A stretch of 64,000 nucleotides of DNA, taken from contig CM114271.1 of the NCBI GenBank assembly GCA_050084515.1, forward strand, positions 3,534,001 through 3,598,000, written 5' to 3'. A program made the translations under genes and the position numbers. The stretch comes from Blasia pusilla (taxonomy: Eukaryota). The notes under the pieces are model-generated. The model had not been told where the DNA came from. It saw only the letters and a list, made by a program, of their open reading frames with translations, and ran no database searches. Position 1 is the stretch's first letter, and each line of letters begins with the position of its first letter. Below are positions 1-12,700 of the stretch, in pieces.

Positions 1-2520
1 GAGAATCCATAAGCCACTGGGGGATCCCCTAAATGAGGTAAGAAATGAAGCCATTCCATGTCTTTCAAAAAGGGCCTCATCCAAGAACTTTGAGACAAGT
101 CGATGAAGTAAATTGGAACCCAAAACCCTTCAATATAAATGTGAAAATCAGGAGTAGGCAGGGTGAATGTTGAGGGAAGCCATGAAAGAGACCATACTCC
201 ACATTTACTAGGTTGGAATTTTAGGTGTAAGAAAGAGAGTTGCTCCACAAAATGAATATAAGTAGGAACCACTTCAGAAGGAGGACTTATAATGTGAGTG
301 TCATCACTAATAGAAGGGAGAAGACAAGGAGGAAGGGAAAAGACAAGATGGAAATGCTTGCGCTAATGCTCGAAGGGTACGAAAATGGGCAATGGCAAAG
401 AGTGGGCCATCAATGGGATCACCTTGACGCATGCCACAAGCCGATTGGAGAATACTATATTCCCCAAAAGTAGCATGCTGAGAATAGATAATGGGTGTAT
501 TATAGGCATCGGAATGAGACTCGCAAGTTGTCCTCCTATACAACGTAACTCCTCAACTTTAAGATGACTGCACAAGAAACCGAATTGACTGCGTTAGCCA
601 CATAGACTTGAATTGCTATCCACTCTGGATGAATATGAAGAGTGGAACGAATCGTATGCATCATAACTTCACAACCACCAGGAGTTTCCATTCCAAATTG
701 ATGAGGAAATAAGCGAGCACTAAAGTGAGGAAAAAATTGTAAGCACATGGATCGACTAACCAAGCAATATAAAACCTCTACAATAGCCACAGCAAGACAC
801 CTGACGGAGGCTTATCCATAGCCAACAAATGACAAGCCCCTAAAAGCCTAGAGAAAGAGAATGAGAGACCACCTGCCAAAAAATGTGCACACACCTTATA
901 TATAGAGACAAAACCGATTGCTAAATCTCCCATGATAAAGCAGTCACGGAGATGCTAAAATACTATCCTTGATAAGCAAGGAGTATGAAGAAAATTCCTT
1001 GTGAAAACCTCCAAGTCAAGCTCCAATTCAAGATCGGTTGTATAGTCTTCCACAAAAGGTAGTGCATCACCACTTGAAGGAGAGTGAGGAACTTCTAAGA
1101 GAGCCACCGTATACGTACTTGGAATCGTTGGAGAGAGAGGATCCAATGCTCAAGCCGCACGTAAAAACTCACCAACTTGCTCCAAAAGTAGACTTTGTTG
1201 AAGGCGTTGTTGTATTGAAGGCCTCCCATGATTGGCATGTTGAGTGGGATGAGCCTTAGCTAAGTCCTCTGCTTGAAGTACATGCTCATTTTGAAGCAAT
1301 CCCTAGACATAAAGCGTTGAATACGTGTGGAGGTTTCACGATGACCCGTCGCACCACTCCTTGGAGGGAGGACTAAAATATTAATCCATTGTCGGAAGAG
1401 TAATAGGAGATACCAAACATTAATATCTGTGGGATCACACACTAACCTTTCTAATGGAAAAAGCAGAGCTTATTGGATGATGGGGCAAAGAGTAATAGGA
1501 ATGCGAATGTAGAGTCTAGGACGAGGGAGATCTTGATGGAAAGAGAAAAGGAGATCAATTTGGCTTAATTAGGTCCAAGTAAATGTTATGGGGAGTATAG
1601 TAGGAGGTATCTAGTTAAGGATTGAAGGCCCATGCATGGATCAACAGTACCGCTGATGTCTTTTGATTCCATTAGAAGCACACTCCTTATCACAAGATGT
1701 GCAACAAACTTTTGGCACAATTGTAGAAGTAAAAGGGTTATAAGGAGAGGAGGTGGGAGGTAGAAGAGGTGGTGATGGATGACGATGAGGGGTGAGTAGG
1801 TTGGGGAATGAGGAGGAGGAAGACGGGAGATAAGATTAGAAGAGATAGAAGCTGGAAGCAAGGGCACAAATGAGATATGTGAGGATGGAAAAGTAGTAGG
1901 ATTTGGTTATAATGGATCAAGATTTGGCTCAACACGATGAGACGAAAAGGGAAAAGAGGAAAATCTGAAAGAAATGTAGTAATTGTAATGGGGGTTAATA
2001 GTATACGGAGGAAAATTATGAGATCTACGATGAGGAGGTGAACCAAGGGAAGAGGTTAAAACTGTAGGAGGGCCTGTAAAACCAGAGAAGCAAGTAGATG
2101 GAGAATCCAACTCCATCTCCGATACCATAGATGCAGAGGCTTAAGAATATTAATTTCTAATATCCTTAAGGAGATAGCAAATGTATGTAGATGCAAAATA
2201 GTAAGGTAAAGAGTTGAAAGAGCAAGGAAGATATTTGAGAGGAATTGACCTAAAAAAACCCGTATGCAAAAATAGGTGCCTAAAAAACCTACTCATTATG
2301 AAAAGAATGAGCTCGTCCAGACGATCGAGACAAGAACAAACACGCCCAAAATCAATAGTCAAGGAGAAAGTTATGAAAGAAATTGAAAATACCAAAAACT
2401 TAAGAGGATGTGAGGAGAAAGTAAGCCATCCATTGATGAATGCTATGAAGGAACGAGTTCGTAATGTTGGGCCCAGCCCTTATCAAAAGATTAAGAAAAG
2501 TAAGAGAATCCCTTAAAATC
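1..2520 (-). mobile_element. Degenerate LINE (L1-like) remnant: ORF1, APE endonuclease and the start of RT
   Basis: On the minus strand there are decayed GGDFN-like (~1215-1230) and SPGxDGF-like (~1-30) motifs and an ORF1-like region (2150-2400). Many stops and frameshifts; boundaries approximate. Confidence 0.55.
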
Positions 2521-4039
2521 GATGGTAATCCGGTATCATACTATAAGAATAGCTATGTGTGAAATTCCTTTTAGGAATCTATGAGCATATTTATATAGGA
2601 GAGAAGGAGGTCCAAAGATCCAAGAACTTTGGAAAATTCCATCTTAAGCGAAAAAAGAAGACCCCAAAGTTCAAGCTTGAGAAGATGAACAAGTTGGGTC
2701 TTAGATTGAAAAGATTGGATCACAAAGGAAAAAGTTACAAGAAAAATTCTAAACATCCCTCCATCTCCTCCTCTATAGTCCTCCAAAACTTCTATTTTGC
2801 AATTTTTCCTCCACAAGTTTGTCACCCGAGCATTCGGAAATCCACGGGTTTTTTCAACTAGGCTTACACTCATATTTTACTTTCCTTTTTCCAACCAATT
2901 TGAGAAATTAGTTATCAAACATGTGTGAAGAACATACGGATAGGCTAGATGGAGAGAAAAAGAAAATTAGGAGTGCATGTAAATGCAAGAAAGAGAACCT
3001 CTATTGGGGTAGCTAGCACAACTCCCTGTGGGGGAGTCGAGTTGACCTAAGGTTAGACATAGGCTCTTAAGTCTAACCTAAATTTGCTTGATTGTGTTAA
3101 CCTCACATGCCTTCTAGCCACTAGCCTATCTAGCTTGATTGCTCTTGTGAGGTTTTTATCCACAGTCCATAAAAGTGCAAAGAAGTGCGAATAAGAGGCC
3201 TTCGCACTTCGCAGTTCTTCGCACTTATCCTCGTATTCGCATAATTTATATAAATATTTTAAGATCAAAAGAAGAATGGTATGACTAAACTTATGTCCTC
3301 TCTTTTCCTACTCCCCCCTTAGTTTAGTCTATGGAAATAAATAAATTCAAGTGTGGAAGGCCCTACATGTACATGGAGAGCTTCTAAGAAAGAAGCTAAA
3401 GCAAATAATAGTATAAAAATAGCTCCAAAAGCTACTAATGCTATCAGCCTAAAAAAATGTATTTCTTAATCTCTTTGTGAATAAATCAATCAAAAGTGAC
3501 TAAAAAATTCAACTTACGATTCCTTGCCATGGAGATATTATTTTCCAAAAAGGATTTTGAATGATTTGTAGCCCCTTTTTAGACTCTCTTACAATCTTTG
3601 TGTTCTACAACATATGGCCACTACCTCAATTTTCCCTATACTAGCTCTAATATTGGACCAACAATAATGCTTGGAGGTAGTACAACAACAAAGAAGTATT
3701 AAAAGAGTGTAATTACAACAAACTCAGAAATATTAAAAGAACTTCCTGTCCCCCAAGGACTCAAGTGATCAATTGACTACAATCTCTATTCATTGGCTAC
3801 TTGCACGAGAAAGCTCCCTCAACATCCAAAGTTTGCACTTTTTACTTCACTCAATTGATTCATCCCCCCCTTTATTATAAGTCTAATATTTGTTATAATA
3901 GTGTAGACGTAGATGACCACTAGATCACTTTGTTATTATATAATCTCTATAGTGCATACTTCAGCGGCCAAACTCATGCATATGATAGGCATGGAACTTG
4001 GACTTGTTTCATATAGCACAATGCAAAGTAGACACTATA

Positions 4040-6900
4040 TGTCTTGAATTTGTGATGCATGGTAAAATGGGTTTATAATGTTATAGTTTATGAGTTTGAT
4101 CTTACGTGCAACATATAATTTGACCAAAAAAGATTAAACTAAGCCATTCCTTATGAAATATTTCAAAATTCTTATTTAAACTTACCAAATGCCATATACT
4201 AGTATGGATTCCCATTTTCCTGAGATTCAAGGTAGTATGTGCTCATAGGTTAGGTAATTTTCTCCAAGGTGAAGAAAAAAAGAGACACTTCCAAACGCAC
4301 TTATAGAAAAGTAAAGTCGATGCAAATTGTAAGCAATGTCTCATTCTCCACTATTGGTGTGCACATGGACGACATAATTTTAGTCAATATGTGTGGACAA
4401 ACTTGCCACCAAAGGCTTTAAAAATCGGTCTCTACATGGTAGGTGGAAAGGGGAGTAGAATGTACTTACAAAATTATGAGAAAAATTGGATCAATAACAC
4501 TTGGTTGTAATAAAATTCAAGGTAGAACATACACTGTAGTGCTTAGGTTGTAGCCTAGTAACATAAAAAAATATAAGGCAATATTGGCAATAGGGATATC
4601 AATTAGAGCCCTAGCATAGCTAATGCAAACCAAGCTCCCAAACTTAGTAGTCATTTTCAAGATTTTGTGTAGCATTTTTTGTGCATTGATGTGATCCCAC
4701 ATATGATAATGAAAGAACATAGGCATCGGATCCATGCACATATTTGAGAGAATCCAAACCAAATTTCACATTGGGAAACTGAACCTATGTTAAGGCATCA
4801 AGATATCTTGATGGAGGGGAGAAGGTGATTACAATGTTGGTGACGATGCAACTTGTATCCATAGGTGGATAAGATGCACCCTAAATGTGTAATTCTTTAC
4901 AAACACTTAGGTGATTTAAAAACTAATCAACCATTTTGTCTTCTGTTTGGTATATAGTGGATGTTGGAGAGCTTTGTGTCAATTGGAAATGGAAGTGCAA
5001 TTTATATGGGTGCAACACATGGAAACAAAATCTATGAAGTTAGTGAAAGCCTACTTTCAAAATTTTCAATCCTGTAACCACATTTTGATCCTTCCTAAGG
5101 TTCTCATTCTAGCAATGAAGTTCATTCAACATTGGAACTTCATAATTATGTGTTTCCATGTGTTGCACCCATATAAATTGCACTTCCATTTCCAATTGAA
5201 ATGGAAGTGCAATTTATATGGGTGCAACACATGGAAACACATGAATTATGAAGTTCCAATGTTGAATGTGAACTTCATTGCTAGAATGAGAACCTTAGGA
5301 AGGATCAAAATGTGGTTACAGGATTGAAAATTTTGAAAGTAGGCTTTCACTAACTTCATAGATTTTGTTTCCATGTGTTGCACCCATATAAATTGAATGG
5401 AAAATTTTGAAAGTAGGCTTTCACTAACTTCATTTTCAATCCTGTAACCACATTTTGATCCTTCCTAAGGTTCTCATTCTAGCAATGAAGTTCACATTCA
5501 ACATTGGAACTTCATAATTCATGTCTTGAGAAGTACGAATTCATGATTAGTCTAACTTTAATTCTCTTTTCTAATGGTGTTTGTAGGGTAATTTTATGAT
5601 GGTCCATATCCAACTTTAATTGTAATTTTTTTGTGAAGTATCGACTACATATTTAGCTTGCATGGATTCAAAAAAATTTGAGAATGGCTTCCACTTGTAT
5701 GGATAATTCTTCAACAACACAACTTGGTGGATGTTCTAGCTCATGTAAGGGATTGGGCAGATATGTTCTCAAAGGATGATTGCAAGGATATACAAGGTTG
5801 GTCTCCATCTTGCCTCATTGTGGACAACTTAAAAGAAGAGCAAAATTCAATTCGTGAGGTGTTTCCAAATGTTCCCATTAATCTCTCTCTATGGAATTTG
5901 AGAAAAAATTGGTTGAAGAACTTACATCAACATGTGAGGTGCCTAGTGAAGAAATACGATATGAGCAAAGAGCTTGGCAACATTATGTACTCAACAAATC
6001 TGGGTAAACAAACTTCACAAGTGTCTTACATTCATATATTAAATTTTGCATGTAAGGAGGTTGTAATGGTAAGCTTGGAAGATTTATCTTTTGAATCTTT
6101 AGACTTTGTTTGTAGATCCCTACAAGGTTTAGAAGAGTTTATGTAGAAGTATATTCATAGCGGAAAAAAATTTACAAATTACTTCTTAGCTATTGGTATC
6201 ACAAAATCCACACATAGGCAAGGGGATATAGGCATCATGCATAATCTCACCAAGACACAAACGAGGCTAAGGAAAGATGGCATGTGACTTTTAAATTGCA
6301 CTTAAGGAGTAGCATGGCTAAGAAATCCATCTGCCAAACTCAAATGGCTTGTGTAGATGCTATCTAGTAGCATTGAAATATTCTTTTACTAATTTTCATT
6401 TCTAAAGGTGGAGGGAATGATAAAAAAACCAAGCTATCCATAAGGTCATGCTTATGGCTATCAAACATAACAAGGACATTCAAAATTCTTTTATTCATTT
6501 CCAAGCTATTGATGGACATAAATACGCAAAAGTTTTGAGTATGTCCAAGCCTCAATCTTTGCACGAAGTTCTTGACTATAATCAAACTCTTCTCCCATGC
6601 ACTTGCCCCAATGCATTGGGGCAAGTGCATGGAAGGTTTTATGCAACCTTCCAATGCACTGTTTTATGAAGACAAACTCATTGGTATTTTTAGGTTAAAT
6701 ACCTAATGGATTGGAATAAGACCATGCATAATAACACAAGGAAAATTTCTAAGAAGAGAGCAACTAATCACCCTCATAGCAAAGATACGATGAGTCAAGT
6801 TTTACCATTTGAATGCATCAGGAAAAAACACTTAACTAACATGGAAGTAGAGCTGGAATATTTTTTTGCGCATACCCATTGCTATACAACATCTCAGGAA
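4040..6900 (+). pseudogene. Decayed Mutator-like (MULE DDE + SWIM) transposase, copy 1
   Basis: HYWCAHG (~4350), WSPSCLIVD...REVFPNVPINLSLWNLRKNW (ORF 5724-6146), QDTNEAKERWHVTFK (~6250) and SWIM-like CTCPNA (~6600). Colinear with the minus-strand copy at 45.6-48.7 kb. Stops and frameshifts. Confidence 0.8.
4980..5523. repeat. Nested inverted duplication: ~200-bp-arm near-perfect palindrome (4998-5395, centre CAATTG at 5193-5198) plus a third partial copy
   Basis: 5199-5395 is the reverse complement of 4998-5192 apart from three small indels; 5396-5523 repeats segments of the same sequence again. Confidence 0.95.
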
Positions 6901-8729
6901 AACTAGGGGGGAAATTGAATACTGCAGTTGAGTGCTCATCTAAGGTTGGCGTATGGTGGCATTACAAGAGGCAAGCACATGGTGGCTTCGTGGAGAAGCA
7001 CAGGACTACAGCGGAGAGATGGCAAGAAGAGGAAGATTTTTGTTGGGCGTATTAGGTTGCAAGTATCTCTCTTTCACGACCAAATCTGATTCTCCCCACG
7101 ACCAAATATGAATCAAAAGAGAGAGGGATCACATGCTTACCTGAATCAGCCTGAAAAAAAGAGGGTGGATAACAATAAGCCGCCCAATGCCGAACAATGG
7201 TGAACCAACTTCAACAAGAAGCCGAAACGATAGACATACACGAACGATTCCAGAGAAGCATAGTTTGTTCGTCTTACAGTGCCTTTTCAATGATCTCAAA
7301 TAGTTTATACTTTCTCCTCATCTCCCACTATTATTGATCAATTTTCCCTTGAAGGTGAGAATTATATGAACCGGGTGCTTTAGTTGACAGATCAATAAAA
7401 CCCCAAAACAAACATAGCTTGGTTCTTACCACTTTGGGTCTCTATTTTTTTAATCCCCAATATTGATAAAAAAAATAATCACGACCTACAAGTTATGGTG
7501 TGAACTCACTTTCACCCCTATTTGAACGCAATTAATTAATGGTTGTGCCTAGTTGTTTTGGACTTGGTTGAGCCTCAACAAGTGACAAAGAGAGGACTTG
7601 TCTACTATGACTTGAGATGGTAATTGTAGAACTTAGAGATCTTGGCAAAGTGAATGCAATTAGAAACAAAGAAGCATAAAGCTTGTATTATATGTTCCAA
7701 ATATAATTGAAGAACTTTATATGTTGCCAAAAAATCTTAACTTGGGAGTGGTTCCCTTAGGGTCTTGATTCACCCTTGTCTGCAAAACCATTCCACACCT
7801 TCCTATTCACATGCTAGCCATAAATAACACCTATCCTTAGCAGAAATCTCAACCTCTCACCAAGGAAAATTCAAGGATTCAAATGTGTACTTAACTTTCT
7901 TGGAAATGCTCTATGGTTGGTATGAAATCCTCTTCTATTAAGATAATAAGATCTCTCACTTGTATCTTCACATAGATTTAGATGGACCTTGACATGTTAA
8001 TCTCAATTTTCCAAGTCCACAAGAGAATTTTTGGCATAGCTCATAAAGTTGAAATCATGAAGACCTAAACTCGTAATAGTGTAGTGGCTGGACATGGGTG
8101 AAAAGGACATACTGGATTCTGGGTGCATCAATATTCAAGAGAAGATGGATGGAGTGTAAGATATCTTTGCTGAATAGTCAAGTGGATACTTGCTAAGCTT
8201 ACATTTATTTATCCCTCAAGATAAAAATTCAACAATGACAACATCATCCAAAAAACACTTCCCGAGCTAAGAGATGGCCCACATAGATGGATTGAGAGTC
8301 TAAGACACTTCCTTCTTGACTCCAATAGAAGGATATATTATCTTTGATACTATGTGAATGGACCTATTGTTTAATCGCAACCAAGTGATGAAGGAGAACA
8401 ATGTTAAGCTTTAAATGTTCTCATCTAAAACCATCAACATCCTACACTACAATGTGCTAGTTGAAAGAATTCCATTCAGACCACTCTTAAAAATATACAC
8501 ATGTGAAACAAATGAAACAAAAATTCATGAGTATGTGGTAGACATCATATAATTGACTCATTGGCCTTACAACAATTTTCGGATATGAAGCAATAGACAT
8601 GAGTGAACGTTTGCAATAAAACAAGGGACAAGATGAGAATGATATGATGAAGACATTGTTTGAGTTCCATAAAAGGAATTTTTTGTCCACTATTCACCTC
8701 CCAAACTAATTTTTCACTATAGTCTTATG

Positions 8730-9760
8730 TAGGGACATAAGTTCGCGGATAAACAGGCCGGCACGGACATGTCTGTCCTAGGGACAAAGATAGACATGTC
8801 CTTGTGGGCCTGGGTATCTATTGCCCATCTTGCTTGCAACGTAGATGTGAGCTTGGCCAATCCACACCCAATCTAGGAACCCGTCAACCATTCTTGCAAC
8901 CTTTTTTGAAGTCTGCACTGGCATGCGATCAAGCCTGTAGGAGGCAAGCAGGCCATGTGCGGGCCTACCGTAGGTTTAAGGCGGGTAGATTCCTACCCAT
9001 GTCCCTTAATCTGAGCCTGCACTCATACCCACGTCCTGGGATACCGAAAAAACCCAAGCGGGGATCCGTTGGGCATGTTTGTCCCATGGACAAACATATC
9101 CATTTCCGTGCAACTTTGAATCTAAACCTTTGAGGGAGTTTGGAGCCTTCTTTCCTTTGGCTTTATTAGGGTTAACAACTCCAGAAAACCACATAACCTA
9201 CACGCAACTACATGGGAGGCGTCAATCTACCCCATCCATGTATACCAAGGTTTTCATAAATTCAATATTATTTTTTCTTTAAAAAAAATCAATCTCAAAT
9301 TTTCCATTGGACGTCCTTCCATTGACATGACATGTATGCTTTTTTCTACGTGGATACCAAAAAATTGAATTTTCCATAAATTTCCTCAAAACTTCCATAC
9401 TGAATATCAATATGGAATATTTTGTTGAATCTTGATCACATTGACTTATAAATATGTTGCCACAAATGTGATAGGTACATGATCCTAGGATGGACATTGA
9501 CAGACAAGTCACAACATGTCCACGGACAAAGATTACAAGAGATGAGACCCACACTTATAGTTCATGATGGAAAGTAGGGCAAGTCCGAGTTGGGCAAAAA
9601 GGTGGAAGGGAGTGGGGATGGAGGAAGAAAGAAGCGGGAAACATGTAGACGATTGGGGGGAAATGAGAAAGAAGGGGAAGATGGGGCCCATATGGACAAG
9701 TTCTTCCAAAAGACAGATGTAAGTCCACGGACACAGGTTTTGTCCACATGCAACCTTGGG
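8730..9760. mobile_element. Possible decayed non-autonomous DNA transposon(s), hAT/MITE-like
   Basis: Recurrent GGACA/TGTCC motifs and related ends TGCAACTTTG (~9110) and TGCAACCTTG (~9750). No TSD found. Confidence 0.3.
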
Positions 9761-12700
9761 TAGGTACATCTGCAAGCCTTCACCATTCTCACTGAGAGGC
9801 CTTGAATACAAATCTCCCAATAAACCGCCTCTACATTCTATTGAGGAAATGTTCCATCCATGATAAATTTTGAATGCAAGTGATATTGACTATTATATAT
9901 GTATACGTTAATGGATTGAAGCTATACTTTGATCAAGCCATTAAATATCAATTGAATGAACTCAAAATTCCACCAAAACATAAAGAGCTTGAGACGCGAG
10001 TGTTATACCTCCCACCTCCCTAGATATACTTGGAAGGAATTTCATCAATTATTATTGGAATATTGCCTTTCCAACCTATTACTTGTAATGATTGAATCTA
10101 TATATCAATCAAGCTTGAGGTATTTTCATGAGTTTTGCTTTGCGATAAGGTGCAACCCTCACAAGTGGTAGCATATGATGGTGGTAAGCTTATCCCTTAA
10201 AATTTCTGGATTGTAATATGACGGTAAGTGTGAACACATTCATGTCTAATATCCAATTTGGGTAGAGAGTAGTGAATTGAGAGATTCAAAGGAGCATTTT
10301 GGCAAAGTCAAGTTGAGACTCAAGACCAAAGACAATTCTCCTCCAATCAAGTTCATAAACACGAGAAGATTCTAACTACGGATCATTAGTTAATCCCCAC
10401 ATAAGCGTCAACGTTTCTCCGATTGCATCTAATATCGAAAATGAGTAGAACTTTCCTTTTCCGGGCTTATGAGCATTTGTTTTCCACTATCTATTTCCTG
10501 AATTTCCTGAATTTTTTCTATCAATTTTAGGGTTGATTTGGGGGTTTACTCCTGTCTTTTAGGGCTACTCAATTCTCCCCTACAAAGAAGACGGCCAACC
10601 ATTCACCAAATTGCAATAGAGTCCACACATGTGGACTTAAAATAATAAGTATATATATTTGTGCAAGAAAATTAATACAAAAATTGATATCTTTTGAGAG
10701 AGGGAAAATTCCTCTCTCGGACGTCAATACTAGATTCATGTTCAGAAAAGTGCATGCCCAAGGAGGTACTCATTTCTCCAAACGGGATTCCATGTAACCA
10801 TAATATCCGGCCGGGTCTTGCCATGGTCTTGCACTACATAGCAATATGAGGTTTTTTAATGATAGTGGGGGGCCGCTTAGACTCATAAAAGAAGGTAATT
10901 ATTACGGATCCTACAACTTCTCACTATTTTTTTTCCTGGCCATCTAGAGGAGTATCCACGTGTCCTTTACACGTTTGTATGAATTACTTTTTTCTCCCCC
11001 TTACCCGTATCAAAGGAAAGGGCTGAATAGGAAATAACCTACAAGATAAAACTACCACTCTTTTTATCATCAAGAGAAAGCAAAAATCTGTTGGGGGTAA
11101 ATTTTTGTAAGCTTTTCACATGTTTTAAAACTTGGTAAAAGAAATCACTTTTGCATATCCAAATTTTGCTAGGAGATGTTTTTTTCACGAACTTCCGATT
11201 TTTCATATGTTCGACCACTCTACTTTTTATCTCTAGAGATAAAAGGCTGCAAACTCATGATTAGAACTTTGACAAAGTTCTAATCATGAAAGAAATGCTG
11301 GAAGTTCATCAAAATTGGACATCTTCTCGTCCACGACAACTTTATTGATGGAAAACCCAATGCATGTCTCGTCCTTGGGAGAGTCATGTGCCTTCAAATG
11401 AAAAAATAAAGCGTAAAAATAATAAAGAAAGAAAGCAATAATAATAAAAAAAAGGCTGGTCTTGCATACTCGAAAGGTCGCCTCATTATTTTTGTGCATC
11501 ATCTCTATCTCTTGCTGAAGCAGGACCACCACAAAAACGAGCCGTCTACTAGAAGCAAAACGCAATACGAATTATTATTTCGTAACGACGAAAAGCTCCA
11601 TTTTCTCAACAAACGTCCATTACATTATTCTCCTTCTTCTTCTTATTATTATTATTTGTTATTTATTGCAGTGACGAATGAGTGTTGATTGAGCTCATGA
11701 ATTGATTGTTGACGGACTAATTATTATTATTATTTTTTCCAAGTGTACAACGAAATGAAGCAGCATTGCCCTAAAGTTTAAAGTGTGTCTGCATGGGGAG
11801 TGCAAAGAGGACGATGACGAAGAGGATTGTAAGGGGTGCATGGCATTTTATTAATTAATAATTAAAAAAGAGCAGTGCCTCTCCTTAGCCATAGCCACCT
11901 GTCTAGTTTAGCTACCTAGCTGGCTGCTGGTGCCTACATAATGCCGCTACCTATGGCCCCTATCTATCGATATTATAGCGAGAAGATTGATGGATATTTT
12001 TAAATATTTTAATTGAATGACATTTCTAGTTGGTAGGATGCAAATGGTAGGGAGAAAAAAAGTAATCGTAATGCAAAATTTGTGGTTTAAGAGTTTATTG
12101 CTTTTCTATCGGGATAATTATTCTTTAATTATTATTTTGATTCCATGTAGTGCATGGGTAGTTTAGGAAGTAAGTGTGAATAAGAGGCTTGTAAATTGTT
12201 CATGAGAAAGGGTTTACATCAATAGGGTGTGTCCCAAGTGGCCTCTTGTGGAAAACTTGGTAGGCATAAGGTGTCCTTCTTCTCAAGGGAATGCCAACTT
12301 TTTCCGTAAGGGGATAACCATTCGATTGGGAAATCTCACGGGATGCCGCATGGCGCACCCTTGTCTATATACTAATTGGATGACGCTGTTCCTTAAATTA
12401 TGTTTGACATGAGTTTTGTTCCTTCAAAATATTTTTTTTCATGTTAATTGGGATTACATCGAAAGATTGGTGAGGAGAGTGATATCGGAACCAGAATTAT
12501 TGAATGGAGACCGAGCATGGCGTGGTCCCTTACATGTCCTTACTAGTGCATCATAAGCTTGGTTTCATTGGGTTCCTTGTTGTATTCCCGAAGGGGAAAA
12601 AACCTAAAACCAATGTTTTTGGTTAATTGGTATTATTTCCGCCGTCATAGATATATTTAGCACCGATTTGCTACTATTTGAAATTATATGATTGGAATTT

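Noticed and set aside
7600-10400. Further LINE- or Copia-like debris
   Set aside because: Too decayed to assign motifs or boundaries reliably.
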